From contig JBDGUG010000040.1 of the NCBI GenBank assembly GCA_042216135.1, forward strand, positions 1-48,343: DNA of 48,343 nt, written 5' to 3'. The notes beneath the pieces are model-generated. The model was not told the origin of the DNA, made no database searches, and saw only the letters and a program-made list of their open reading frames with translations. Below are positions 31,726 through 42,014 of this stretch, in pieces. The translations under genes were made by a program, and so were the position numbers. The stretch is from Halarchaeum sp. (GTDB lineage: Archaea > Halobacteriota > Halobacteria > Halobacteriales > Halobacteriaceae). Position 1 is the stretch's first letter. Every line of letters begins with the position of its first letter.

Positions 31726-33069
31726 CTACGTCGATGCCGGTGCGTGGACGGCGCGGGCGTCGTGGGCGCTCGCGCGTCGCGTCGGTTCGACGCGAACTTC
31801 GACGGTGACGTTCCGACCGCTGCGCTCGCCGATCCGATCCGCGAGCGTCCCGGCCAGCGCTGGATATCGTTCGCCGGGCGGTCCCGTGACCGCCACGGTG
31901 ACGGTCGTCTCCCCGCGGACGAGCGGGCCGCCGCCGTAGCCGAGTCGCATCCCCGTCACGTGCGCGTCCTCGTACGCCGGCGCGGCGAGCGTCGCGCGCA
32001 CCTCGTCGTCGACGACCCGCTGGAAGTGGACCTGCTCGTACGTCGGCACCACGGCGCCGACGACGAACGCGACGACGACGGCGGCGACCGCGACCCCGTA
32101 GACGGCCTCGCGCACCGTCGGCGGTCGGTCCGGCCGGAACGCCGACCAGCCCGCCTTCGGCCGGTAGCCGAGGAGGACGAGGACGACGACGACGGCGACG
32201 TTGACCGCGACGACGTTCATCGCGAGGAGCGTCGCCGCACCGACCGCGGCCGTCGGTGACCCCCACGCGAGGCCGACGCCGACCGCGGCCGCCGCCGGGA
32301 TGAGCGCGATGGCGATGGCGACGCCCGCGAGCGTCACCGGGAGCGCCGTCGGGAGCGCGAGCGCGCCCGCCGCCCCGGAGGCGAGCGCGAGCAGGAGGCT
32401 CGGCAGCCCCGGCGAGAGCAGGTTCGCCATCTGGACGACGTCGCCGATGGCGAGCACGGACGTGACGACGCCGGTTGTGCGCATCGCCCACGCCGCCGCG
32501 GCCGCGCCGACGACCGCGAGCGCCATCCCGACCGCCTGCGAGCGCAACCCGCCGACGACGAGCGCGCGGTCGCCGGCGACGCCCCCGACGCCCGTGGAGA
32601 GCACCGCGCCGACGAACGGCGAGACGACCATCGCGCCCGCGACTGCGAGCACGGAGTCCTGCGTCAGCCCGACCGTCGCGATGACCGTGCTGAACACGAC
32701 GAACAGGACGTACGAGCGCTGGCTCGGCATCGCCTGTCGAGCGCTCGCGCGCACCTCCTCCAGGGCGACCGTGTCGTCGCTCCCACCCGACTCCGCGTAG
32801 CGCTCCTCCAGCCGCTGGAAGTTCGGCGTCGTCACCGCCTCCGCGCTCGTTATCACCGTGTAGGCGCCGGAGGCCACGCCCGCGTCGTGGAGCGTATCCA
32901 TGACGTCCTCGACCGCTTCCGGGGGTAAGGGGAACCGGAAGAGCAGGCGGCCCGCGCCGTCGTCGGGGCTGCGCTCCTCGGTGGCCACGTGGTCGACGCC
33001 CGCCTCGGCGAGCACCTCGTGGACGGTCTCCTCCTCCGCCTCCGGGACCACGACCTCGACGTACCGCAT
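31726..33069 (-). CDS. TIGR00341/DUF389 family membrane protein
   Basis: GAMVVSPF, ALASGAAGA, GVAIAIALIP motifs. Confidence 0.85.
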   Translation of the reverse strand: MRYVEVVVPEAEEETVHEVLAEAGVDHVATEERSPDDGAGRLLFRFPLPPEAVEDVMDTLHDAGVASGAYTVITSAEAVTTPNFQRLEERYAESGGSDDTVALEEVRASARQAMPSQRSYVLFVVFSTVIATVGLTQDSVLAVAGAMVVSPFVGAVLSTGVGGVAGDRALVVGGLRSQAVGMALAVVGAAAAAWAMRTTGVVTSVLAIGDVVQMANLLSPGLPSLLLALASGAAGALALPTALPVTLAGVAIAIALIPAAAAVGVGLAWGSPTAAVGAATLLAMNVVAVNVAVVVVLVLLGYRPKAGWSAFRPDRPPTVREAVYGVAVAAVVVAFVVGAVVPTYEQVHFQRVVDDEVRATLAAPAYEDAHVTGMRLGYGGGPLVRGETTVTVAVTGPPGERYPALAGTLADRIGERSGRNVTVEVRVEPTRRASAHDARAVHAPAST

Positions 33070-33189
33070 ACGCCCCCTCCGGGTGCCGCCGGTATGACTA
33101 CGCGGCCGATACTCCCTCGATCTCGCGGTAATGGCGCGTTACCCCCGGATCGCTCCGCGTTCGCCGAACCCGGAGCGCGCCGACCGGTC

Positions 33190-34941
33190 CTACATCGAGG
33201 TCGGTGCCTCGACGCCGAGGACGTCGAGGGCGTTCGCGAGGGTGTTCCGGGCGCTCGCGACGAGGGCGAGGCGGGCGCCCCGAACGGCGGGGTCGACGTC
33301 GTCGGCGAGGACGGGGCACTCGCGGTAGAAGGCGTTGAACGCGTCGGCGTACTCGCGGGCGAACGTCGCTATCTGGTGGGGTTCGAGGTCCGTCGCGGCC
33401 TCGTCGACGACGCCGGGGAAGCGCGCGGTCTCGCGCAGGAGGTCGATTTCGGCGTCGTCGTCGAGGACGCTCGCGTCGACCCGCTCGGGGACGTCGGCGT
33501 TGTCGAGGATGCCGCAGCAGCGCGCGTGAGCGTATTGGATGTAGGGGGCGGACTGCGCTTCGAAGTCGAGGGCGTCCTCCCACTCGAACGTGATGGCCTT
33601 CTGGGGCTGCTTGGAGACGATGTCGTAGCGGACGGCGCCGACGCCGACCTGTTCGGCGATGCGTTCGACGTCGTCCTCGTCGACGTCGTCGTCGCGGATA
33701 CGGTCGTCGAGGCGCGTCTCGACTTCGTCGCGGGCGCGCCGCACGGCCTCGTCGAGCAGGTCGTCGAGGTCGACGCCGGTGCCGGCGCGCGTGCTCATCT
33801 TCCCCTCGGGGAGGTTGACGTAGGAGTAGATGACGTTGTCTAGCTGGTCGGTGTCGTTCCCGAGGAGGTCGAGGGTGGCCTGTAGCTGGCCGGCCTGTAG
33901 CTTGTGGTCCTCGCCGAGGACGGTGACGGAGCGGTCGTACGCGTCGAACTTCCACTCGTGGTGCGCGAGGTCGCGGGTGGTGTAGAGGCTGGTGCCGTCC
34001 GAGCGGAGGAAGACGAGTTTCTTCTCGTAGCCCCGCTCGGAGAGGTCGAGCTGCCACGCGCCATCCTCGACGGCGGCCTCGGGGCGCTCCTTGAGGCGGT
34101 CGGCGAGTTCGCGCGTCGCGCCGTCGCGCATGAACTCGGTCTCCTTCACGAACTCGTCGAACTCGGCGGGGAGGCGGCGGAGGCACGCGCGCATCCCGGA
34201 GAGGACCTGGTCGACGACGCGCTGGACGCGTTCGTAGGTCTCGTCGTCGCCCTCCTCTAAGCCCTGAAGGATCTCCTGGATCTCGGACTCGGCGTCCTCG
34301 ACGCTATCGGCGTCGGCGTTCTCGAGGTACTCGTTGCCCTTCCGATAGTAGCGCACGAGGTCGTACTCGATGCGGTCGCGTTCCGGGTCGGATTCGAGGT
34401 CGTCCTCGTCGAACGTCTCGTACGCCCACGTGAAGACGGCCATCTGGCGGCCGGCGTCGTTGACGTAGTACTCGGTGGTGACGTCGTGGCCGGCGTAGTC
34501 GAGGAGGCGCGCGACGGCGTCGCCGACGATGGGGTTGCGCGCGCGGCCGACGTGCACGGGCCCGGTCGGGTTCGCGGACGTGTGCTCCACGAGGACGTCC
34601 TGACCCGTCGCGGGGAGTTCGCCGTAGTCGTCGTCCCGTCCCGCGTCGAGGGTGTCCGCGTAGTAGGCGGGCGTCGGGAGGGCGTTCACGTACGGGCCCT
34701 GCGCGCGGACGGCGCTGAGGTACTCGTAGCCGGTGGTGTCGACGGCGTCGGCGACGCGTTCGGCGACGGCGGGCGGCGCCGCGCCGAGTTCGCCGGCGAG
34801 GCGGAACGCCGCGCTGGAGGCGAGGACGGCGTCGACGCCCTCGGGCGGTTCTTCGATGCCGAGGTCGTCCGTCGGGAGGTCGAGGTCGGCGAGGGCGGCC
34901 CGGAGCGCGTCCTCGACCTCCGCGCGGAGTGCCAGGAACAT
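33190..34941 (-). CDS. argS: Arginine--tRNA ligase
   Basis: [40 protein letters not shown]. Confidence 0.98.
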   Translation of the reverse strand: MFLALRAEVEDALRAALADLDLPTDDLGIEEPPEGVDAVLASSAAFRLAGELGAAPPAVAERVADAVDTTGYEYLSAVRAQGPYVNALPTPAYYADTLDAGRDDDYGELPATGQDVLVEHTSANPTGPVHVGRARNPIVGDAVARLLDYAGHDVTTEYYVNDAGRQMAVFTWAYETFDEDDLESDPERDRIEYDLVRYYRKGNEYLENADADSVEDAESEIQEILQGLEEGDDETYERVQRVVDQVLSGMRACLRRLPAEFDEFVKETEFMRDGATRELADRLKERPEAAVEDGAWQLDLSERGYEKKLVFLRSDGTSLYTTRDLAHHEWKFDAYDRSVTVLGEDHKLQAGQLQATLDLLGNDTDQLDNVIYSYVNLPEGKMSTRAGTGVDLDDLLDEAVRRARDEVETRLDDRIRDDDVDEDDVERIAEQVGVGAVRYDIVSKQPQKAITFEWEDALDFEAQSAPYIQYAHARCCGILDNADVPERVDASVLDDDAEIDLLRETARFPGVVDEAATDLEPHQIATFAREYADAFNAFYRECPVLADDVDPAVRGARLALVASARNTLANALDVLGVEAPTSM

Positions 34942-35006
34942 AGCACGCAGTGCGGCGCGCGTGCTCAAATGCGTTCTGAAACGCGAGGGCGTCGCGGGTC
35001 CGGCGC

Positions 35007-35558
35007 TCAGAGGGTGATCGTCTCGCCGTCGGCCGGGACCGCGACGTCCGCGACGGCGTCGCGCAGGTCGTCGCGCGAGAGCGTCTCCGGGACGGCGTCG
35101 TACCAGACGGTGTCACCGGCGAGCCAGAGCGACTCGCTCCCCGCGAGGGCGAACCCGCAGACGGGCGCCATCGCCGCTGCGATCTCGCCGCGGCCGTGTC
35201 GCGCCGGCGTCCGCCGGACCGTCACGCTGTCGAACTCGCGAGCGTCGGAGACGGGCCGGACGTCCGCGAGGCCGTCCGCCTCGAAGTCGTCGGCCTCGAC
35301 GGGGTTGCAGAAGACCGGCGTGTCCGGGTCGACCGCGTCATCCCAGTCGTCCCAGTGGTCGGTGTGGCGGTGCGTCACGAGCACGGCGTCGTGGTCGAGG
35401 TCCACGTCGGAGAGGGGGACGAGCGGGTTGCGCCGCCGGCGGGGCGTGTTCTCGACGGGCGGATTCGCGCCCCGTTCGGAGAGCATCGGGTCGACGAGGA
35501 AGCGCGTGCCGTCCAGTTCCACGAGGAGCGTCGCGTGCCGCGCGAGCGTCACCTGCAT
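35007..35558 (-). pseudogene. MBL-fold metallo-hydrolase, apparently with an in-frame internal deletion
   Basis: RHAT, LVDPML, THRHTDH, ARHG, AGDTVWY present; the C-terminal His-containing segment is missing; only 183 aa. Confidence 0.6.
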
Positions 35559-35609
35559 GCCCGGTGCGTTCGCGACCCCGCCCCATGACTGCTCGCCGAC
35601 CAGCGGGAT

Positions 35610-36521
35610 TCAGGCGTTCGGGCGGGCAGGCGCGCGCTCGACGGCCTGCGTCGGGCCGTCGAAGTAGTCGGGGTGGCAGAGCCACGCGAGCGTCTCCAGC
35701 GCGTCGACGAGGCGGGGGCTCGGACAGTTGAGGACGTCGCCGTCGAGGAGGTAGATTTCGCCGTCGCGGACCGCGCTGAGGTCGTCCCAGCCGTCGCGCT
35801 CGCGGAGGACGTCGAGTTCGCGGCGGGCGTGCGCGACGTCGAAGCCGCACGGGGAGACGACGACTCGTTCGGGGTCGAAGGCGGCGACGTCGGCGAAGTC
35901 CTCGGGCGCGGAGTAGGCGCCGGGGTCGGCGATGCCGTACTCGCCGCCGGCGAGCGCGACCATCTCGGGGACCCAGTGGCCGGCGACCATCAGCGGGTCC
36001 ATCCAGTCGAACGCGAGCGTCCGCGGGCGGCCGTCGGCGGCGACGGCGGCGAACGCGCGCTCCTCGACGCGCGCGATGCGCTCGGTGAGGTCGGCGACGA
36101 GCGATTCGGCCTCGCGTTCGCGCCCGAGGGCGTCGCCGATGCGGGCGACGTCGTCGAGCACGTCGTCGAGCGAGCGCGGGTCGGTGGTGAGGACGTCCGG
36201 GTCGCACGCGCAGTCGTCGAGGGCGTCCTCGACGAGCGCGCGGTCCACGGCGCAGACGTCGCAGACGCCCTGCGTGATCACGACGTCGGGGTCGACGGCG
36301 TCGAGGACGTCGGTGTCTATCTCGTAGACGTCCCCGGCGCAGACGTCGTCGTCGATGTCGGCGCTCGACCCGTCGGGGTCGAGGAGGCAGCGCGAGGCGC
36401 GCGGCCGTTCGGCGGCCGCGGGCGGATAGTCGCACTCGTGGGAGACGGCGGCGGGTTCGACGCCGAGCGCGTACGCGATTTCGGTCGCGGACGGCAGGAG
36501 CGTGACGACGGTCGGGGGCAC
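35610..36521 (-). CDS. Cobalamin/iron-siderophore-type periplasmic-binding-fold protein without a signal peptide
   Basis: LLPSATEI, VSHECDYP, TQGVCDVCAV, GHWVPEMV, PSPRL. Confidence 0.85.
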   Translation of the reverse strand: MPPTVVTLLPSATEIAYALGVEPAAVSHECDYPPAAAERPRASRCLLDPDGSSADIDDDVCAGDVYEIDTDVLDAVDPDVVITQGVCDVCAVDRALVEDALDDCACDPDVLTTDPRSLDDVLDDVARIGDALGREREAESLVADLTERIARVEERAFAAVAADGRPRTLAFDWMDPLMVAGHWVPEMVALAGGEYGIADPGAYSAPEDFADVAAFDPERVVVSPCGFDVAHARRELDVLRERDGWDDLSAVRDGEIYLLDGDVLNCPSPRLVDALETLAWLCHPDYFDGPTQAVERAPARPNA

Positions 36522-36616
36522 ACCGCGTGGGACGCGCGCTCGCGCCGTAAAACCACCTCCTCCGGGTCGTCGCGCGTCTCGCCACGCTTTTGGCCTCGCG
36601 GCCCCCGGCTAGGGGT

Positions 36617-37558
36617 ATGCCGGAGCAGGTGGACTCGCCGAGCTATCACCACGAGAACCACACGGCGGCACAGACGTGTGGGTGGACGGCGAACGCCCTG
36701 CGCGGGGAGGGAACCTGCTACAAGCACGCGTGGTACGGCATCCGTAGCCATCGCTGCATCCAGATGACGCCCGTCGTCCGATGCAACGAGCGCTGCGTCT
36801 TCTGCTGGCGCGACCACAACGGCCACGCGTACGAACTCGACGGCGTCGAGTGGGACGACCCGGAAGCGGTCGTGGACGCCTCTATCGACCTGCAGAAGCG
36901 CTTGCTCTCCGGGTTCGGGGGGAACGACGAGGTTCCCCGGGAGCGCTTCGAGGAGGCGCTCGACCCGAAGCACGTCGCCATCAGCCTCGACGGCGAACCG
37001 ACGCTCTATCCCTACCTGCCCGAACTCCTGGAGGCGTTCCACGACCGAGGAATGACGACGTTCCTCGTCTCGAACGGGACGCGCCCCGGGGTGCTGCGGG
37101 AGTGCGACCCCACGCAGTTGTACGTCTCCGTCGACGCCCCCGAGCGCCACACGTTCGATTCCGTGGTGGGCGCGACGGAGGACGACGCGTGGGAGTCGCT
37201 CGTCGACACGCTCGACGTCCTCCACGACAAGTCGGAGACGCGGACCGTCCTGCGGACGACGCTCGTGGACGGGGAGAACATGCGGCACCCGGACTGGTAC
37301 GCGGGCCTCTATCGGCGCGCCGACCCGGACTTCGTGGAGCTGAAGGCGTACATGCACGTCGGGCACTCGCGCGGGCGCCTGGACCGGGACTCGATGCCGT
37401 CGCCGGAGTCCGTCGCGGCGTTCGCCGAACGGGTGCAGGCGCACATGCCCGACCATCCCGTGTTGAAGACGCAGGAGGCGTCGTCGGTGGCGCTCCTCGC
37501 GCGCGAGGAGGAGACGTGGGTGCCCGCGCTCGGCCCGGACGGCGACCTCTACGACTGA
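36617..37558 (+). CDS. taw1: 4-demethylwyosine synthase (radical SAM, Taw1/TYW1)
   Basis: CYK..YGI.SHRC.QMTP, CNERCVFCWR, ISLDGEPT, VELKAYMHVG. Confidence 0.93.
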   Translation: MPEQVDSPSYHHENHTAAQTCGWTANALRGEGTCYKHAWYGIRSHRCIQMTPVVRCNERCVFCWRDHNGHAYELDGVEWDDPEAVVDASIDLQKRLLSGFGGNDEVPRERFEEALDPKHVAISLDGEPTLYPYLPELLEAFHDRGMTTFLVSNGTRPGVLRECDPTQLYVSVDAPERHTFDSVVGATEDDAWESLVDTLDVLHDKSETRTVLRTTLVDGENMRHPDWYAGLYRRADPDFVELKAYMHVGHSRGRLDRDSMPSPESVAAFAERVQAHMPDHPVLKTQEASSVALLAREEETWVPALGPDGDLYD

Positions 37559-37590
37559 CCCAATTCTGGGACGCGTCCCACAAGTATTAT
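37559..37590 (+). promoter_or_regulatory. Candidate RbkR operator and TATA box
   Basis: Overlapping palindromes CCCA-ATTC-TGGG and TGGGACGCGTCCCA directly upstream of TATTAT, about 27 nt before the ribK ATG. Confidence 0.55.
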
Positions 37591-37615
37591 GCTCGCGGCG
37601 CGAGTACCACGTGGT

Positions 37616-38308
37616 ATGGCACGAGCGACGCGCGCGGTGGGCTACGACGAACTCGCCGCGCTCAAACTCCTCGCGCTCGAGGGCGCGCGACGCGGCGACG
37701 TGAAAGTCGCCTGCGCCGACCTCGCCGACCGACTCGACACCTCCACCCAGACCGCCTCCCGACGCCTCCAAGCGCTCGAAGAAGCCGACTACGTCGAACG
37801 CGACGGCGTCAGCGACGGCCAGTGGATCCGGATCACCGACGCCGGCGAACGCGCCCTCCGCGGCGAATACGAGGACTACCGGCGCGTCTTCGAGGAGTCC
37901 GACGCCCTCGAACTCGACGGCCACGTCACCGGCGGCATGGGCGAAGGCCGACACTACATCTCCCTCCCCGGCTACCAGCGCCAGTTCGAAGACCGACTCG
38001 GCTACGAACCCTACCCCGGCACCCTCAACGTCGAACTCGACGCCGACTCCCGCCGCGCCCGCTCCGCGATGTCCGCCATCGACGGCGTCCCCATCGACGA
38101 GTGGGAGGACGACGAACGCACCTACGGCTCCGCCACCTGCTATCGCGCCACCCTCGACGCCGACGGCGACAGCTACGAACCCGTCCACGTCATCGTCCCC
38201 GACCGTACCCACCACGACGACACCCAACTCGAACTCATCGCCGCCGACGAACTCCGCGCCGTCCTCGGCCTCGACGACGGCGACGAGGTGACCGTCCGTG
38301 TCGAGTGA
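37616..38308 (+). CDS. ribK: CTP-dependent riboflavin kinase with N-terminal HTH (RbkR)
   Basis: S.QTASRRL HTH; [21 protein letters not shown]. Confidence 0.93.
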   Translation: MARATRAVGYDELAALKLLALEGARRGDVKVACADLADRLDTSTQTASRRLQALEEADYVERDGVSDGQWIRITDAGERALRGEYEDYRRVFEESDALELDGHVTGGMGEGRHYISLPGYQRQFEDRLGYEPYPGTLNVELDADSRRARSAMSAIDGVPIDEWEDDERTYGSATCYRATLDADGDSYEPVHVIVPDRTHHDDTQLELIAADELRAVLGLDDGDEVTVRVE

Positions 38309-38981
38309 CCGCCTCCGCGCCGACGACGCCAGCGACACCGCCGCCGCGGCCGTCGACGCCATCGCCCGCGCTGACCCCGTGCTCGTCCACGACGCCGCCG
38401 ACCGCGAAGGCGAAGTCGACCTCATATACCACGCCGCCGACGTCACCCCCGACGCCGTCGCCCGCATGCGCAACGACGCCGGCGGCCTCGTCTGCACCGC
38501 GCTCTCCCACGACGTCTGCGAGACCTACGACCTCCCCTTCCTCGCCGACGAACTCGACCACCCCGCCGCCACCGGCGGCGACCTCGGCTACGACGAACGC
38601 GCCTCCTTCAGCCTCACCGTCAACCACCGCGACACCTACACCGGCATCACCGACGACGACCGCTCCACCACCATCCGCGCCCTCGCCGACGCCGCCGCCG
38701 ACCCCGACGCGCACGACTTCGCCGCCGAATTCCGCGCACCGGGCCACGTCCACCTCCTCCGCGGTGCCCCGAACGGCCTCGCGGACCGCGAAGGCCACAC
38801 CGAACTCGGCCTCGCCCTCGCCGACGCCGCCGACCGTGCGCCCGCCGTCGTCGTCTGCGAGATGCTCGACGACGACACCGGCGGCGCCCGCACCCCCGCC
38901 GACGCCCGCCGCTACGCCGCCGACCACGGCCTCGTCTACGTCGAAGGCCGCGCCCTCGTCGACGCCCTCGGACGGCGCTAA
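38298..38981 (+). CDS. ribB: 3,4-dihydroxy-2-butanone 4-phosphate synthase
   Basis: [33 protein letters not shown]. Confidence 0.95.
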   Translation: MSSDRLRADDASDTAAAAVDAIARADPVLVHDAADREGEVDLIYHAADVTPDAVARMRNDAGGLVCTALSHDVCETYDLPFLADELDHPAATGGDLGYDERASFSLTVNHRDTYTGITDDDRSTTIRALADAAADPDAHDFAAEFRAPGHVHLLRGAPNGLADREGHTELGLALADAADRAPAVVVCEMLDDDTGGARTPADARRYAADHGLVYVEGRALVDALGRR

Positions 38982-39020
38982 CGAGGAACGTTCATAACGC
39001 CGGGCCCGCAACCCACCTCC

Positions 39021-39965
39021 ATGGCTGGCTTCGACGCGATGCGCGCCGAGCGCGACTCCCTCGACACCATCTGGATGAACGGCGAGTTCACCGACTGGGA
39101 GGACGCCACCACGCACGTCCTCACCCACGGGCTCCACTACGGCACCGGCGTCTTCGAGGGCGCGCGCTGCTACGACACACAGAACGGCCCCGCGCTCTTC
39201 CGTTGGGACGCTCACGTCGATCGGCTCTTCGACTCCGCGAAACCCTACGACATGGAGATTCCGTTCACCAAAGAGGAACTCACCGAGGCCACCCTCGAAG
39301 TCATCCGCCGCAACGACCTCGAATCCTGCTACATCCGCCCCGTCGCCTACTACGGCTACCACCAGCTCGGCGTCTCCCCCGGCGACTGCCCCGTCGACGT
39401 CGCCATCGCCGCCTGGCCGTGGGGCGCCTACCTCGGCGAAGACGCCCTCGAGAACGGCATCGACGTCATGATCTCCTCCTGGCGTAAACACGCCTCCAGT
39501 CAGATCCCCACCAACGCCAAGACCAACGGCCTCTACGTCAACAGCCTCCTCGCCGGCGAAGAAGCCCGCCGCAACGGCTACGAGGAAGCCATCGTCCTCA
39601 ACAAGGAAGGCAACGTCGCCGAAGGCCCCGGCGAGAACGTCTTCCTCGTCCGCGACGGCGAACTCTACACCCCCTCCCTCTCCGAGAGCATCCTCGACGG
39701 CATCACCCGCGACACCGTCATCGCCCTCGCCGAAGAACGCGACATCCCCGTCCACGAGACGGCCGTCTCCCGCGGCGAACTCAACACCGCCGACGAACTC
39801 TTCTTCACCGGCAGCGCCGCCGAAGTCACCCCCATCCGCAAAGTCGACAACGTCGTCATCGGCGACGGCTCTCGCGGCCCCATCACCGAAGAACTCCAGT
39901 CCGCGTTCTTCGACCTCGTCGAACGCGAAACCGACGCCCACGACGACTGGTTCACCTACGTCTAA
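39021..39965 (+). CDS. ilvE: Branched-chain amino acid aminotransferase
   Basis: HGLHYGTGVFEG, YIRP, AK..G.Y, EGPGEN, ILDGITR, GSAAEVTP. Confidence 0.95.
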   Translation: MAGFDAMRAERDSLDTIWMNGEFTDWEDATTHVLTHGLHYGTGVFEGARCYDTQNGPALFRWDAHVDRLFDSAKPYDMEIPFTKEELTEATLEVIRRNDLESCYIRPVAYYGYHQLGVSPGDCPVDVAIAAWPWGAYLGEDALENGIDVMISSWRKHASSQIPTNAKTNGLYVNSLLAGEEARRNGYEEAIVLNKEGNVAEGPGENVFLVRDGELYTPSLSESILDGITRDTVIALAEERDIPVHETAVSRGELNTADELFFTGSAAEVTPIRKVDNVVIGDGSRGPITEELQSAFFDLVERETDAHDDWFTYV

Positions 39966-40133
39966 CGACCTTTTGCTCTGCGGCGCGCGAAGTGCGCCTC
40001 GGCAAACGCTCGGCCAAAAGCCTTCCTCGCTCCGGCCGCTCACTCCGTTCGCGTTAGTCGCTCGTCGGCCCCGCGCGAAGCGCGGGTGAACCGCGAACCT
40101 ACCGGGCCCTTCGGCCGCTCGGTTCGCGGACGC
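39965..40133 (-). repeat. Dispersed structured repeat, copy C
   Basis: Reverse complement reads GCGTCCGCGAACCGAGCGG...GGTTCAC-CCGCGC TTC GCGCGG...GCTTTTGGCCGAGCGTTTGC...GCAAAAGGTCGT. Confidence 0.85.
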
Positions 40134-40367
40134 TAGCCGCGTGGTTCGACCTACCACCGCTCACGAACGTTCAAGTGCGAAGCCGGGACCAACCGCTCCC
40201 GTGACCTGAGAACGACCGCGGGACGGGAAGCGAAACCGGCGACGCGCCGTCCCGTGTTGTGACGCCTAGCGGGAGTCACCGAACCAACGAGCGGTGAAAC
40301 CGTGAGCCACGCCGACGCGTCGTCTGTTCGCCCTTCTGCGCCCCGGAACCGTCCGACGTCGCGCGCC

Positions 40368-42014
40368 CTACTCCTCGCGGCGCAGGCGCTTCACGACGAA
40401 CTCCCGGTCGAGGTCCGCGAGGAACTGGCCGAGCTTCGGGCCCTCGTCGTCGTCGAAGAAGAGCCGATAGCCCGTGGCGAAGAAACCGCCGATGTCGATG
40501 TCGTGGCGCTTCGCCGTCTCGTAGACCTCTCCCTGCAGGGTCTCGCCGTCCGGATCCTCGGCCTCGATGAAGTCCGCGAGGTCGTCCAGCGCCGCCGCCG
40601 TCTCCGCATCGACGTCGACGTCCGGCATCGTCCGGCGCTCGATCCGGTAGTTGTACTGGTTGTCCGTGCGCTCCGCCCACGTCCGCGCGCGCTCCACCCG
40701 TTCGAGCGCCGCCTCGATCGCTTCCTCGGAGGCGCCCTCCGGGATGTGGCCCTCGCGTCGCGCGATCTCCTCGCGCAGCTCGGGATCCTCGGTCATCCCG
40801 AGCACGGCCGCGAACGTGTACGGGAGCCGGATCCGGTCCTCCTCAATGTCGTCCACGACGAACGGATACACGCGCTCCGCGAGCGCTCGCTCGCGCTCGC
40901 TCGCGTCCTCCACCTCGCCGAAGTAGGTCGCCTCGAACCGGTCGAACTCGTCGACGAGCAGGTCGATGCGCTCCGTGGAGAAGTCCCGCGCCTTCTTCGG
41001 GTTCTTCGAGAAGAAGTAGCGGAGGACCTCCGGTTCGACGAGTTCGAGGACGTCTGAGACGAGAACGACGTTCCCTGCGGACGAACTGAACGGCTCGCCG
41101 TCGAGCGTGAACCACTCGTAGACCATCGGCACCGGCGGTTCGATGTCGAGGACCGATTCCGCGATGTCGGCGCCGGACGGCCACGACCCCTCCGCGTGGT
41201 CCTTCCCGAACGGCTCGAAGTCGACGCCGAGAATCTTCCACTGCGCCGGCCACTCGAAGCGCCACGGGAGTTTCCCCTCGCGGAGCGTCGCGGTGCCGCG
41301 ATGGCCGCAGCCCTCGATGGTCTGATCGCCGGCGTCCATGTCGGTGCACTCGTACTCGACGGTGCCCGCGTCCGCGTCGACGGACAGGACCGTCTCGGTG
41401 AGCTTCCCGCAGTTCTCGCAGACGGGATTGAACGGAACGTACGTCTCGTCGACCTTGTCCTGGTACTCGCTCAGGACCTCGCGCGCGTGGTCGGCGTCCG
41501 CGAGCAGGTCGCGCGTCACGTCCTCGAACGCGCCGTCCTCGTAGAGCGCGGTGTTCGACTCCATCTCGATTTCGACGCCGAGCAGGTCGGCGGACCGTTC
41601 GATGAGGTTGGAGAAGTGCGCGCCGTAGGAATCACAGCAGCCGAACGGGTCTGGAATCGACGTGTAGGGGTGGCCGAGGTTCCGTCCGAGCGCGCCCGCG
41701 TTCACGTCCCCGAGGTCGACGATGTCGCCGTCGAGGTCCGCGAGCTTCCGGGGGAGCCCGCGCAGCGGGTCGCGGTCGTCGGCGGTGAAGACCTGCCGGA
41801 CGTCGTGGCCGCGCTCGCGCAGCACTCGCGCGACGAAGTAGCCGCGCATCACCTCGTTCATGTTCCCGAGGTGCGGGACGCCGGAGGGGGAGATGCCGCC
41901 CTTGATGACGATGGGGTCGTCGGGGTCGCGCGCCTCCACGGCGTCCGCGGCCTCGTCCGCCCAGAAGACGTGCTCGCCGGTGAGGGTCGCGTGCGGGTCG
42001 TGCGCGTCGCTCAT
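40368..42014 (-). CDS. lysS: Lysine--tRNA ligase, class I
   Basis: GISPSGVPHLGN, GKLPWRFEWP, EPFGKDH, FSSSAGN, GPKLG. Confidence 0.97.
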   Translation of the reverse strand: MSDAHDPHATLTGEHVFWADEAADAVEARDPDDPIVIKGGISPSGVPHLGNMNEVMRGYFVARVLRERGHDVRQVFTADDRDPLRGLPRKLADLDGDIVDLGDVNAGALGRNLGHPYTSIPDPFGCCDSYGAHFSNLIERSADLLGVEIEMESNTALYEDGAFEDVTRDLLADADHAREVLSEYQDKVDETYVPFNPVCENCGKLTETVLSVDADAGTVEYECTDMDAGDQTIEGCGHRGTATLREGKLPWRFEWPAQWKILGVDFEPFGKDHAEGSWPSGADIAESVLDIEPPVPMVYEWFTLDGEPFSSSAGNVVLVSDVLELVEPEVLRYFFSKNPKKARDFSTERIDLLVDEFDRFEATYFGEVEDASERERALAERVYPFVVDDIEEDRIRLPYTFAAVLGMTEDPELREEIARREGHIPEGASEEAIEAALERVERARTWAERTDNQYNYRIERRTMPDVDVDAETAAALDDLADFIEAEDPDGETLQGEVYETAKRHDIDIGGFFATGYRLFFDDDEGPKLGQFLADLDREFVVKRLRREE

